DNA from: Lentibacillus sp.
GTDB lineage: Bacteria; Bacillota; Bacilli; Bacillales; Amphibacillaceae
DNA length: 64,000 nt
Direction of reading: 5' to 3'
Assembly (NCBI RefSeq): GCF_035301675.1
Contig: NZ_DATGTT010000017.1
Span: forward strand, 1,662-65,661
Positions 29,731 to 39,467 of the stretch are shown here, piece by piece. The notes beneath the pieces were generated by a model. That model ran no database searches and was not told the DNA's origin. It worked only from the letters and a program-made list of their open reading frames with translations. The position numbers were made by a program, and so were the translations under genes. Positions within the stretch are counted from its first letter, which is position 1. Each line of letters begins with the position of its first letter.

Positions 29731-30906
29731 ATGATGGTATCGGTACAGACAAGGTTTTGGATATTAATCGCACTCGTTTTTATATCAGGTTTTTCGCAGG
29801 GAATGATTCTCCCGTTGTTATCCATTATCCTGGAACAAAATGGTGTCCCCTCCTCTGTCAATGGCCTGCATGCGACCGGACTCTACATTGGTGTCCTGAT
29901 CGCATCGCCTTTCATGGAAAAACCGATGCGCAAAATTGGCTTTAAACCGATGATTGTGATCGGCGGCATGCTTGTCTTCATTTCGCTGGCGCTGTTCCCT
30001 GTCTGGCAGACGCTGTGGTTCTGGTTTATTTTGCGAATTATGATCGGTATCGGGGACAATATGCTCCATTTCAGCACCCAGACCTGGATTACAACCACAA
30101 GCCCCAAAGGATCACGCGGAAAAAATATTTCGTTTTATGGGCTGTCATTCGCGCTGGGGTTCACAATAGGTCCGCTCATGACACGCCTGCTCGAAATCCA
30201 TCAGGCATTACCGTTTCTGATATCCGCAGCTTTAAGCATGCTTGTATGGTCGACGATGTTCTTTGTCCGAAACAGCATACCTGAGGACGAAGATGTTCAT
30301 AATGTCAGCAGTTCGAGCTCTATAAACAGGTTTATTCAAACCGGAAAAGTTGCCTGGGTGGCGCTGCTGCCCGCGTTTGGATATGGATTTTTGGAAGCAA
30401 CACTACATGGTATTTTCCCTGTGTATGGTCTGCGTATCGGTCATGACGTAAGTATTTTATCACTAATCATTCCGTTTTTTGCCGGTGCAAGCATTATTAC
30501 ACAAATCCCTTTAGGTATATTAAGCGACCGTTTGGGAAGACGAAAAATCCTGCTGTCCGTCATATCAGGAAGCATTATCGCCTTTTTATTCGCGGCCCTA
30601 TTTGAAACGTCTGCCATCGCATTATTCGTCTCTTTTGCACTTTCGGGTATGCTCGTTGGCTCACTTTATTCATTAAGCATCGCCTATATGACCGACTTGC
30701 TCCCTACATCGCTTCTTCCGGCGGGCAATTTGATGACAGGGATATCATTCAGTATCGGAAGCCTTGTCGGGCCGTACCTTGGAGGCTTGTTTATTGGATT
30801 TTTTCCCGGTGTTTCGTTTTTCTATATTATTATTTTTATGCTTATCCTTATGCTGGCAACGATTTTTTTCAAAAAAGAGACCACCCTGCAGCAAGCCAAT
30901 AATTAA
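29731..30906 (+). CDS. yfkF: MFS transporter (YfkF-like)
   Basis: About 12 TM; ISGFSQGM, LSDRLGRRK; synteny. Confidence 0.8.
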   Translation: MMVSVQTRFWILIALVFISGFSQGMILPLLSIILEQNGVPSSVNGLHATGLYIGVLIASPFMEKPMRKIGFKPMIVIGGMLVFISLALFPVWQTLWFWFILRIMIGIGDNMLHFSTQTWITTTSPKGSRGKNISFYGLSFALGFTIGPLMTRLLEIHQALPFLISAALSMLVWSTMFFVRNSIPEDEDVHNVSSSSSINRFIQTGKVAWVALLPAFGYGFLEATLHGIFPVYGLRIGHDVSILSLIIPFFAGASIITQIPLGILSDRLGRRKILLSVISGSIIAFLFAALFETSAIALFVSFALSGMLVGSLYSLSIAYMTDLLPTSLLPAGNLMTGISFSIGSLVGPYLGGLFIGFFPGVSFFYIIIFMLILMLATIFFKKETTLQQANN

Positions 30907-30953
30907 GGGGCACTCTGCCAACGAGTGCCCCTTCTTAAATAAACTGAGGTTAA

Positions 30954-31778
30954 TCAATCCGATATCATTTTTTCCCTGAAAATGGCGTTTATCGCGCCCC
31001 CGATCATAATGATGATACCCGTTAGGTAGAACCAGATCATTAATACAATAATCGTTCCAAGGCTGCCGTATGTGGCGGAGTAATTGCCCATCGAATTGAC
31101 ATAAAAGGAAAATGCCAGCGAGACCAATTGCCAGCCGATTGTCGCAAATAATGCACCCCATATGACATTCTTAAAATAAATCCGTTTATTCGGAGCCATT
31201 TTATACAGCGCCACCAAAACGATAAAAATGACCGCGGATGACACGATCCAGCGCAGTGTGTCCCATACGTTCAGAAAACCTTCAGACAGCCCAAAGAAAG
31301 CGAAAAGATATTTACCGATTATTTTACCGAAGACGGGCAGCAAAAAGGCCATGCAAATGACAAGTACCATTGCAATCGTTAAAACAATGGCAATTAACCG
31401 CATCACAATAAAAGAACGGTCCTCCTCAACATTATAGGCACGGTTGAATCCTTTCATGATCGCGTTAATTCCATTTGAAGCTGCCCACAGTGTACCAATA
31501 ATCCCGATTGACAATAATGACCCGCTCTGGTTATCGACGAGCTCGGACACGTTCTCATTGATCAGCTGAGAGATATCCCCCGGCGCATACCGTTGAATAA
31601 ATTCAGTGATGTTTTGTGAATCGAGGGGCAAATATCCGAGCAGTGTCATTAAAAAAAGCAGGAACGGAAACAGGGAGAGCAATAAAAAATAGGCAAGCTG
31701 AGCTCCGAGTCCAAAAATATCATCATCCGTTATACGTTGAAATAACTTTTTACCGAAATCAACAGTTTTCTGCCACAT
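30954..31778 (-). CDS. yfkH: YihY/BrkB family membrane protein
   Basis: AQLAYFLLLSLFP, YSATYGSLG. Confidence 0.88.
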   Translation of the reverse strand: MWQKTVDFGKKLFQRITDDDIFGLGAQLAYFLLLSLFPFLLFLMTLLGYLPLDSQNITEFIQRYAPGDISQLINENVSELVDNQSGSLLSIGIIGTLWAASNGINAIMKGFNRAYNVEEDRSFIVMRLIAIVLTIAMVLVICMAFLLPVFGKIIGKYLFAFFGLSEGFLNVWDTLRWIVSSAVIFIVLVALYKMAPNKRIYFKNVIWGALFATIGWQLVSLAFSFYVNSMGNYSATYGSLGTIIVLMIWFYLTGIIIMIGGAINAIFREKMISD

Positions 31779-31801
31779 TTTATCGCCCTCACAGTAGTCA
31801 A

Positions 31802-32107
31802 TTACAAATTGTTATTCAACTCTTCCCCATCGCTCTTATTTGTAAACTGCTCCAATGTGCCTTCAACCTGCTCCAGTGCGTTGATGGCATTATCCGCACC
31901 TTTAGTGAATGTTGTATTAAAACGGTCAAACGCATCCTTCGCTCCTTTAACCGCCTCGGACGGACGCTTCATATAATAAGATGAACCGCTTTTGACATCG
32001 GTCATTTTACTTTTTGCATAGTTCCTTGCATCACGGTCCAGCAAAGATAGAATCCCCCCTGCGATCGTGCCGATTAATAATCCTAAGCATAATTTTCGTT
32101 TACCCAT
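31802..32107 (-). CDS. yfkI: YfkI/YtxH-like small membrane-anchored protein
   Basis: N-terminal GLLIGTIAGGILSLLD; located between yfkJ and yfkH. Confidence 0.7.
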   Translation of the reverse strand: MGKRKLCLGLLIGTIAGGILSLLDRDARNYAKSKMTDVKSGSSYYMKRPSEAVKGAKDAFDRFNTTFTKGADNAINALEQVEGTLEQFTNKSDGEELNNNL

Positions 32108-32131
32108 CTGAAATCGCTCCTTTTACGTTAT

Positions 32132-32250
32132 AGTGGGTTCAAAAAGGAGGATAACAATGACCGAGAAGTGGTGCGGTTTCGAGCAGCGGAGAAGCAAGCC
32201 AACTAGAAACACCGATGTGTCATTGTTACCGGACTTTTTTGAACATCCTT
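32132..32250 (+). mobile_element. Family C MITE, internally deleted
   Basis: GTTCAAAAAGG...TTTTTGAACA; TTAT on both flanks. Confidence 0.78.
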
Positions 32251-32721
32251 TTATAAGTCATTTTCATTCCTGATATAATGAAATAATTCATGGCATCCTT
32301 TTGCCACTAATTCATAAGTATAATCAAAGTTACCTGTAAAGAACGGATCCGGGACATCAGCCTCTCCGGCCTCATCAACAAAATCCATCAGCTTGGCCAC
32401 CATAGTGTCATCATTATTGGCGCCAATTTCCTGCAGCCCGCTGATGTTCTGGTCATCCATCGCAATAAGATAATTCAAATCGCTGAAATCACGTGCGTCA
32501 AACTGTCGTGCTTCCATGCCTTCATGGGAAATGTTCTGTTTTTCCAGCATTTCCCTTGTGCCTTTATGCGGCGCTTCCCCAACATGCCAATGACCCAGCC
32601 CCGCTGAATCCACCTCGATTTTATCAGAAAGTCCTTCTTCTTTCACCAAACCCCGAAAAATTGCCTCAGCCATCGGTGACCGGCAAATATTCCCGAGACA
32701 TAAAAATAGTACACGTATCAC
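32251..32721 (-). CDS. yfkJ: Low molecular weight protein-tyrosine phosphatase
   Basis: CLGNICRS P-loop, DSAG, VPDPFF; GTG start 32721. Confidence 0.92.
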   Translation of the reverse strand: MIRVLFLCLGNICRSPMAEAIFRGLVKEEGLSDKIEVDSAGLGHWHVGEAPHKGTREMLEKQNISHEGMEARQFDARDFSDLNYLIAMDDQNISGLQEIGANNDDTMVAKLMDFVDEAGEADVPDPFFTGNFDYTYELVAKGCHELFHYIRNENDL

Positions 32722-32922
32722 GCGGTCAGCTCCCCCGATTAATTTTCGAATCGTTATCCAGTTGTCATTATAATGGGAACTGTTCTTAAATGCCACTATT
32801 GCTGCTCGACTGATCAACTCTATTCGTTAATGCTTTTAACCCGCAGCTGGCGGCAGTCTCCCACTGGACTCCCGCAATATCTTCTTCTGCCGTATTTATT
32901 CACTTCCACGTCAAAAACAACT

Positions 32923-33588
32923 TTATACCAGGGGTGCAATACACCCTTCATCATTATTTTTTGCCGAATTGACATAGTTCGCAACATCATAGGCTTTTAA
33001 ATCTTCTGTTCCCAGCGACTCCAGGAATTGGTGGGCCTCTTGTGGTGTCTGATCGCCCGTTTCAATCCACGCATCTTCCTTGCCTTTTGGTAGAATGACC
33101 GGCATCCGGTGATGGATATCCTGCATGAATCCATTTGCCTCTTCTGTCAGGATGGTACATGTAAAAAGTTTCTTATCATCCCGCTCCCATTTATCCCAGA
33201 GCCCGGCAAATGCAAACAGCTCCCTGTCTTCCACTTGTATCCGTTTAGGTTGTTTTACGCTGCCGTCACGTTTCCACTCATAAAAACTGTCCGCAATGAT
33301 TAAGCAGCGTTTTCGGGACATAAGACGCTTGAAACTTGGTTTTTCATGCGCCGTTTCACTGCGCGCGTTGATCATCTTATACCCGATCTTTTCATCATTT
33401 GCCCATGAAGGTACAAGCCCCCAGCGCAAATAGCCGGCACGTTTCTTCTTTCCATCATAAATGATTGCCAGCACATTTTGTCCAGGTGCCACATTATAGC
33501 TCGGCTGATAGTCCTCAATTGGCTGATCAATCCCGAATTCCCGCAAAATCTCAAGTTCATCGGCAAGCAATGTATAGCGCCCACACAT
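32923..33588 (-). CDS. SOS response-associated peptidase (SRAP/HMCES-like)
   Basis: N-terminal MCGRY, INARSET, FYEW, HHRMPVIL. Confidence 0.93.
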   Translation of the reverse strand: MCGRYTLLADELEILREFGIDQPIEDYQPSYNVAPGQNVLAIIYDGKKKRAGYLRWGLVPSWANDEKIGYKMINARSETAHEKPSFKRLMSRKRCLIIADSFYEWKRDGSVKQPKRIQVEDRELFAFAGLWDKWERDDKKLFTCTILTEEANGFMQDIHHRMPVILPKGKEDAWIETGDQTPQEAHQFLESLGTEDLKAYDVANYVNSAKNNDEGCIAPLV

Positions 33589-33620
33589 GGTTTCACCCCT
33601 CCTGTTCAGCAAAGACCAGA

Positions 33621-34616
33621 TTAGAAAATACTTAAATCCCACTGTGTTGCAATGTGCCTTAGTAGACGGATTCCGGCAATACTGTTGCCTTCATCTCCCA
33701 GAGCAGGTCCGTAAACGCCAATCCCGCAGCCGTCTATAAATGGCATTGATTCTTCCCGCACCCTTGGTGGAACAGCTGCGATGATGCCGCCGGACACACC
33801 GCTTTTTGCCGGAATTCCGACATAGGTGGCGAATTTGCCTGAAGCATCATACATCCCGCATGTGAGCATCAGCACCTTGGTTATCCGGGCAATCTGTCTC
33901 GGGATAATTTCCACGCCATTTTTAGGGTCCATGCCATCATTGGCAAGGATCATTCCCATCCGGGCGAGATCGTCGATTGTCACATCAATTGAGCACTGTT
34001 TGAAATAAGTTTCCAGTGTGACATCCAAATCCGATTCTAAAAATCCGACTTCCAATAAATAATAGCCAATCGCCTTGTTTCGTGTTGATGAATCCCGCTC
34101 AGACTTGAATACGTCAACATTTAATTCAGGGCGGTACCCGAGCATATCCTCAAGCAGCTGAAATACGGGCTCAAGACGCTCTTTTGATGTATCCCCCGGC
34201 AGAGTCGACGTCACCGTAATCGCTCCGGCATTATTAAACGGATTTAGCGGTTTTTTGACCTGTTTCATTTCCAGGTGCATGATCGAGTTAAACGCTTCAC
34301 CGGTCGGCTCCACATCAACTTGCTGCAGCATATACGAAACGCCGCGCTCCATGCAGGCCACGATAAACGTGATGGCTTTTGATATACTTTGCAGTGTAAA
34401 CGGAATTTCTGTATCACCCGACTTCACTGACATCCCGTCTTTTCCAATGATTACAATGCCCAAATCATCAGGGTCGGCTTTTTTTAATTCCGGGATATAT
34501 GATGCCACATGTCCGTCATCCGTATGTTTCCGGTAAAAAGCGACCCAGTCATCAACATACTGCTGCAGCCACTCCTGTGTCTCTTCGGTATTCCAGTTTG
34601 CTATTCCCTGTACCAT
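33621..34616 (-). CDS. glsA: Glutaminase A
   Basis: GHVASYIPEL, TLQSISK, GMYDASG, PAKSGVSGG. Confidence 0.93.
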   Translation of the reverse strand: MVQGIANWNTEETQEWLQQYVDDWVAFYRKHTDDGHVASYIPELKKADPDDLGIVIIGKDGMSVKSGDTEIPFTLQSISKAITFIVACMERGVSYMLQQVDVEPTGEAFNSIMHLEMKQVKKPLNPFNNAGAITVTSTLPGDTSKERLEPVFQLLEDMLGYRPELNVDVFKSERDSSTRNKAIGYYLLEVGFLESDLDVTLETYFKQCSIDVTIDDLARMGMILANDGMDPKNGVEIIPRQIARITKVLMLTCGMYDASGKFATYVGIPAKSGVSGGIIAAVPPRVREESMPFIDGCGIGVYGPALGDEGNSIAGIRLLRHIATQWDLSIF

Positions 34617-34945
34617 CCAATCACCTCTCATCATAGTATGCCTATCTGATGAACGCTTCATGATTTTCGTCAATAATCATGCAGAATGATTCCGCCAAAA
34701 TCATGACGTTGATAGAATAGATAATACCTATTCCGTAGTCGACATGGTTTCATTAGCAGCCCCGGCTCGTTTCCCGGATCCATTAAAAACGCAGTGTAGC
34801 AGTTCCATCCAGCTGCTATCATTATACCGTTCAAAAGCGTGTATGAAAAGAAACAACGCTGCTGACTGAGCAGTATATTCACTTGTTTTTTAAACCAAAT
34901 AGGAGTACCATTGTTTTTTGAGCAAATAAAGAAAGGCGTTATAAC

Positions 34946-36106
34946 ATGGATAAACGTGTCTACTTTTTAATGATTGTCGCATTTGTTGTCGGAATGGTTG
35001 AATTGATCATCGGCGGGATACTGGATCTGATAGCAGCGGATTTGAATGTCAGTCTAGGCCAGGTCGGTTTTTTGATTACGATTTTTTCACTGATTTTTGC
35101 TATTGGAGCCCCAATTTTACTGATTCTGACTTCCAATATTGAGCGCAGGCGGCTGACACTTATCTCACTAGCTGTATTTCTTGCGGGAAATCTGGTTACA
35201 GTGTTTAGTCCGACGTATACTGTTGTATTTATAGGCAGAGTTATATCAGCCTTAAGCGGGGCATTGCTGATTATATTGTGTCTGACCATTGCACCTTCCA
35301 TTGTTCACCCGAAATACCGCGGACGGGCAATCGGAATTGTCTCCATGGGTGTCAGTGCCTCAATTGTACTTGGTCTTCCGGTCGGATTGCTGCTGGGGAA
35401 TGCTTTTGGATGGCGCGCTCCATTTATTTTGGTTTCATTGTTGACCGTCCTGTCAATGGCCGGCGTTTTTTTCCTGATGGGGCGTGTTGAACCGAAACCT
35501 TCCAGTTCAATCAAGCAGCAGCTGGCAACGCTGAAAAATCGGGGAGTTCTTTTTGGACAGGCTGTTACCTTTTTGTTTTTGGGCGGTCACACAATCCTTT
35601 ATGCATATTTGACACCCTTTGCCAAAACAATGCTGGATGTGGACGGCACATGGGTCAGTGTCATTTATATGGTTTTCGGAATTGCAGCAGTAAGTGGCGG
35701 TGCTATTGGCGGCACGCTTTCAGACACATGGGGATCAAAGAACACCATTATAGCAACCACCATTTTGTTTGCCATGGTGATGTTTACGATACCTTATACG
35801 ACGTTTGCGCTGCCGGTGTTTTTGATTATTCTGGTCATCTGGGGAATGCTGAGCTGGACATTGGCCCCTGCTACACAAAGTTATTTGATCGGTTTGTCCC
35901 CCGATACTTCAGACATACAGCAGAGCCTGAATAATTCGGCACTTCACCTTGGTATCGCATTTGGTTCACTGATTGGCGGATTGGTGATTGAGCATGCCTC
36001 TGTAGAGCAGAACGCGACAGTTGGCGGATTGTTTGTCATTCTTTCGATAGGAGCTGCCCTGATCTCGATGTACGGGCAGCAAAAAGAAAAGGGACTTAGC
36101 CAATGA
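34946..36106 (+). CDS. MFS efflux transporter (PbuE/YbcL-like, DHA1)
   Basis: About 12 TM; RGRAIG, GWRAPF, LNNSALHLGIAFG. Confidence 0.85.
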   Translation: MDKRVYFLMIVAFVVGMVELIIGGILDLIAADLNVSLGQVGFLITIFSLIFAIGAPILLILTSNIERRRLTLISLAVFLAGNLVTVFSPTYTVVFIGRVISALSGALLIILCLTIAPSIVHPKYRGRAIGIVSMGVSASIVLGLPVGLLLGNAFGWRAPFILVSLLTVLSMAGVFFLMGRVEPKPSSSIKQQLATLKNRGVLFGQAVTFLFLGGHTILYAYLTPFAKTMLDVDGTWVSVIYMVFGIAAVSGGAIGGTLSDTWGSKNTIIATTILFAMVMFTIPYTTFALPVFLIILVIWGMLSWTLAPATQSYLIGLSPDTSDIQQSLNNSALHLGIAFGSLIGGLVIEHASVEQNATVGGLFVILSIGAALISMYGQQKEKGLSQ

Positions 36107-36128
36107 AGCCAGTCCCTTTCGTTTGTTT

Positions 36129-36956
36129 TTATTTGCCGATGAATTGCTGTGTCCAGTGGTTGCCTTGCTCGACATAGCCAACACCAATATGGGTGAAGTC
36201 CGGGTTCATGATATTTTCACGATGGCCTTCACTGTTCATCCAGCCGTTCACAACTTGTTCCGGTGTGCGCTGTCCTTTGGCAATGTTTTCACCGGCTGTC
36301 TGATATGAAATGCCGTATTGTTTCATCATATCAAATGGTGACCCGTAATTAGGGCTGTTATGGGAGAAATAGTTATTTTCTGCCATATCACGGGATTTCT
36401 CGCGGGCTACCTTGCTAAGTTCTGTATCAACTTTCAGTGGTTCCAGCCCTTGTGCTTGACGCTCCTGATTTGTCAATTCAACTACTTGCTGTTCGAATTC
36501 ATTCAACTGTTGTGATTGAGATTGATTTTGCTCGTTCTGCTTGTCAGCTTGCTGTTGCGGTGCTTGAGCTTTCGATTGTTCAGTTTGCTGTTCTTTCTGC
36601 TTATCAGCTTGTTGTTTTGATTTATCTTGCTGCTGATCTGACTTATCTTGCTGCTGATCAGATTTGTCATTTTTATCAGGCTGTGCTTGTTTTTGTTCTG
36701 ATTTATCCTGTTCAGACTGTTCGTTATTATTCTGCTGCTTGCTCCGGTTCCAATTGATTTGCGGGAAGTTTTCATTTAAATGATTGCTGAACTTCTCAGG
36801 TGAAGACTCAGTCCAGTCGCTCCCGTTAATAGAATAATAGACTTTATGCTGAACCGATTGATTCTCAGTTTTATCTGTGTTTGCAGAAGCAGTTTGAATT
36901 GCTCCGCCAAATAACAATGCTGCGGTCAGTGAACCGACCATTAGTTTGTTAAACAT
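36129..36956 (-). CDS. Secreted CAP/SCP-domain protein (YkwD-like) with Q-rich linker
   Basis: Signal peptide; YFSHNSPNYGSPFDMM, AGENIA, WMNSEGHRENI. Confidence 0.9.
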   Translation of the reverse strand: MFNKLMVGSLTAALLFGGAIQTASANTDKTENQSVQHKVYYSINGSDWTESSPEKFSNHLNENFPQINWNRSKQQNNNEQSEQDKSEQKQAQPDKNDKSDQQQDKSDQQQDKSKQQADKQKEQQTEQSKAQAPQQQADKQNEQNQSQSQQLNEFEQQVVELTNQERQAQGLEPLKVDTELSKVAREKSRDMAENNYFSHNSPNYGSPFDMMKQYGISYQTAGENIAKGQRTPEQVVNGWMNSEGHRENIMNPDFTHIGVGYVEQGNHWTQQFIGK

Positions 36957-37223
36957 TTATGTCACCTCTCCTGTGTTTTTTGTGCAAGATCTGTTTTGAT
37001 TTGCAAAATCATCATACCATGCATTTTTTGTAATATAATTGGCACCGATTACCAAATTCGTATGCTTTCTATAGATTTTTCAGATATCGGCTTAATAACA
37101 GGGATTGATGTTCTTAAATCGGCGGATCTTCAGGAAAAGGTTTTATGCGGTGGTAAAATTTACAACGAAATCGCTATTGACACGTGCCCGAAACGGGTCA
37201 GTATATTACAAACAGCCATTAAA

Positions 37224-37343
37224 TGTAAACAAAATGTTACTTGATTTTTTTAATAATTTCATTTGAAATAGATAGAGAATGTAATATTTTCGTAACGAAC
37301 GAGGATTTACACCTATTTACCTGCCTCTAAAAAGTGATAGAAT
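37224..37343 (+). promoter_or_regulatory. Two WalR boxes and extended -10 promoter upstream of mreBH
   Basis: TGTAAA-N5-TGTTAC (37224), TGTAAT-N5-CGTAAC (37280); TG-N-TAGAAT at 37335-37343. Confidence 0.65.
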
Positions 37344-37406
37344 ATAGAGTGTGAAAAGACATATGTCCTTTTGCATATCTGAGTTTATGATTCTTATCCT
37401 TATTTA

Positions 37407-37588
37407 GATACGTGTTCAAAAAGGGAATAAAAGACCGGGAAGTTCGAGGCGGCATAGTTTCAAGCATAAGTAAAGCTACCCTGAAATGTATTGCACGCGT
37501 GCATTAGTGCTTTTCTTTCCGGGAGCGGAGAAACAAACCAACAAAGAAACCCGATGTATCATTTTTCCAGACTTTTTGAACAACCTCT
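37407..37588 (+). mobile_element. Family C MITE in the mreBH upstream region
   Basis: CGTGTTCAAAAAGG...CTTTTTGAACAACCTC; AAGTTCGAG-CGGC shared with the 7475 copy. Confidence 0.8.
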
Positions 37589-37624
37589 TTAATAGATTAA
37601 ACACACCATTGGAGGAGCATAACC

Positions 37625-38632
37625 ATGTTATCAACCGCAGAAATCGGAATTGATTTAGGTACGGCGAACATACTTATTTATTCAAAATCAAAAGGAATTG
37701 TTTTAAATGAACCAGCTGTTGTTGCGATAGATTTAAATACGAAAAATGTTGTAGCAGTTGGATCAGAAGCGAAAGAAATGGTCGGCAAAACCCCGCAGAA
37801 CATTGTCCCAATCCGGCCATTGAAAGACGGTGTCATTGCTGACTATGATGTGACGGCACAAATGCTGAAGGAATTTTTGAAAAAAGTGAGCAAGAAAATG
37901 GGCTTATCCATGCGCAAACCAACAGTCGTCGTATGCACGCCATCAGGAAGCACAACCGTGGAACGCCGCGCAATCCATAATGCCGTTTCCAGCTATGGTG
38001 CCAAACATGTGCATTTGATAGAAGAGCCCGTCGCAGCTGCTATCGGTGCGGACTTGCCTGTCGATGAGCCAATCGCCAACGTGATCGTTGATATTGGCGG
38101 CGGAACCTCTGAAGTTGGCATCATCTCATTCGGTGGCGTTGTCTCCTGCAATTCCATTCGTACGGGCGGCGACAAAATGGATGAAGAAATCATTAATTAT
38201 ATCCGGAAGAAATATAATATTATGATTGGTGAACGTACTGCAGAGAACATTAAGATGGAGATCGGGTATGCCGATGAAAATCATAGAGAGGAATCCATGG
38301 ATGTCCGCGGACGTGACATGGTGACCGGCTTGCCAAAAACGGTGTCGGTTTCTTCCAAGGAAGTATACTCTGCACTGAAAGAATCACTGGAACAAATTCT
38401 GGAAACCATCCGGTCAACACTGGAAAATTGCCCGCCTGAATTGAGCGGTGATATCGTTGACCGCGGAATTGTACTGACCGGCGGCGGTTCCATGCTGAAC
38501 GGAATTCAGGATTGGTTGTCAGATGTAATCATCGTGCCTGTCCATATCGCGCCAACCCCCCTCGAATCTGTAGCCATTGGTACCGGACGTTCATTGAAGA
38601 TGATTTCAAAACTGCAGAAAGCTGCTAAATAA
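37625..38632 (+). CDS. mreBH: Actin-like rod shape protein MreBH
   Basis: [28 protein letters not shown]; monocistronic, no mreC. Confidence 0.88.
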   Translation: MLSTAEIGIDLGTANILIYSKSKGIVLNEPAVVAIDLNTKNVVAVGSEAKEMVGKTPQNIVPIRPLKDGVIADYDVTAQMLKEFLKKVSKKMGLSMRKPTVVVCTPSGSTTVERRAIHNAVSSYGAKHVHLIEEPVAAAIGADLPVDEPIANVIVDIGGGTSEVGIISFGGVVSCNSIRTGGDKMDEEIINYIRKKYNIMIGERTAENIKMEIGYADENHREESMDVRGRDMVTGLPKTVSVSSKEVYSALKESLEQILETIRSTLENCPPELSGDIVDRGIVLTGGGSMLNGIQDWLSDVIIVPVHIAPTPLESVAIGTGRSLKMISKLQKAAK

Positions 38633-38651
38633 CAATTTCATACTGTCACGG

Positions 38652-38689
38652 GAAACCGCGCTTGCCATTGTTGGCATGCGCGGTTTTTT
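38652..38689 (+). terminator. Terminator of mreBH
   Basis: AAACCGCGC-TGCCA-loop-TGGCA-GCGCGGTTTTTT. Confidence 0.8.
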
Positions 38690-38710
38690 CGTGGTTTAAT
38701 GTTGTGTTAA

Positions 38711-38790
38711 TCTCGGGCTGAAGTTTGTGCACTCGGGCTGAAGTTTTCATTCTCGGGCTGAAGTTTGCATTTTCGGGCTGAAGTTTGCCG
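38711..38790 (+). repeat. 20-bp tandem array, 4 units
   Basis: TCGGGCTGAAGTTT at 38713, 38733, 38753, 38773 with variable 6-bp linkers. Confidence 0.9.
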
Positions 38791-38880
38791 CTTCCACCCG
38801 CTCTTCTTTTAAATTTATTACACACCATAAAAAGGGTTTTTGACATTTTTATGGAATAATACGTATGAAGAGGTGATCAA

Positions 38881-39234
38881 ATGTATACAGTAATTTATCT
38901 TTATCGCGTTAATCGGAAACATGCCCAGGAATTTATCGACATCAAAAAACAGGCGGGTGAAATCTGTCTGTCACATGGTGCACTGGAAGATAACACTTAT
39001 TTGCCTGAAAATCTTCATGGAAATTATGGCTGCAAAGGGTTGGTTGATGTGATTCAAAAAGAAGAAAATGAAGAGATCTTTTTAGGACAATCAGTATTCC
39101 GGAATAAATCACACCATGATGATGTTATAAAACAAGTAGATGAAAATCCCGAGTTTAACAAGCTTTTTAATGAAATCACGTCAATGATTAATCTCTCAAA
39201 AGTTATCAGCGCCACCTTTTCAACAGATAATTAA
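38881..39234 (+). CDS. DUF1428-like dimeric alpha/beta barrel protein
   Basis: GAGGTGA RBS; SHGALE, FRNKSHHDDVIKQV pattern. Confidence 0.55.
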   Translation: MYTVIYLYRVNRKHAQEFIDIKKQAGEICLSHGALEDNTYLPENLHGNYGCKGLVDVIQKEENEEIFLGQSVFRNKSHHDDVIKQVDENPEFNKLFNEITSMINLSKVISATFSTDN

Positions 39235-39244
39235 TGATCACCTG

Positions 39245-39300
39245 TTTACATATTTTTCAGAATACTATATAATAAGATTAATCATGTTAAAGCGCTTCCA
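39245..39300 (+). promoter_or_regulatory. Sigma-A promoter and candidate cre site for the CoA-transferase operon
   Basis: TTTACA-N17-TATAAT (39245-39273); TTAAAGCGCTTCCA (39287-39300) resembles the CcpA cre consensus. Confidence 0.6.
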
Positions 39301-39467
39301 CGCTACTGCGCATGATGCATACTTTCGCAAACCCAAAACTGCCTAGTCTGTTTACAGTTCAATGCCAGTTCTGAACCAACAGATAAAAGCCAGTTCAAAT
39401 TGACCTCGCAGAATACTGTGGGCTTTTTGAAGTGGCTCATTTTATTGTTACAGGAAGGAGTGATGAA

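Noticed and set aside
34680-34945. Purine riboswitch upstream of the PbuE-like MFS gene
   Set aside because: Conserved aptamer core motifs were not found; the 70-aa minus-strand ORF here has no credible RBS or recognisable domain
38711-38790. CRISPR array (also considered for 28131-28240)
   Set aside because: 14-bp core with 6-bp linkers is far too short for repeat-spacer units, and there are no cas genes
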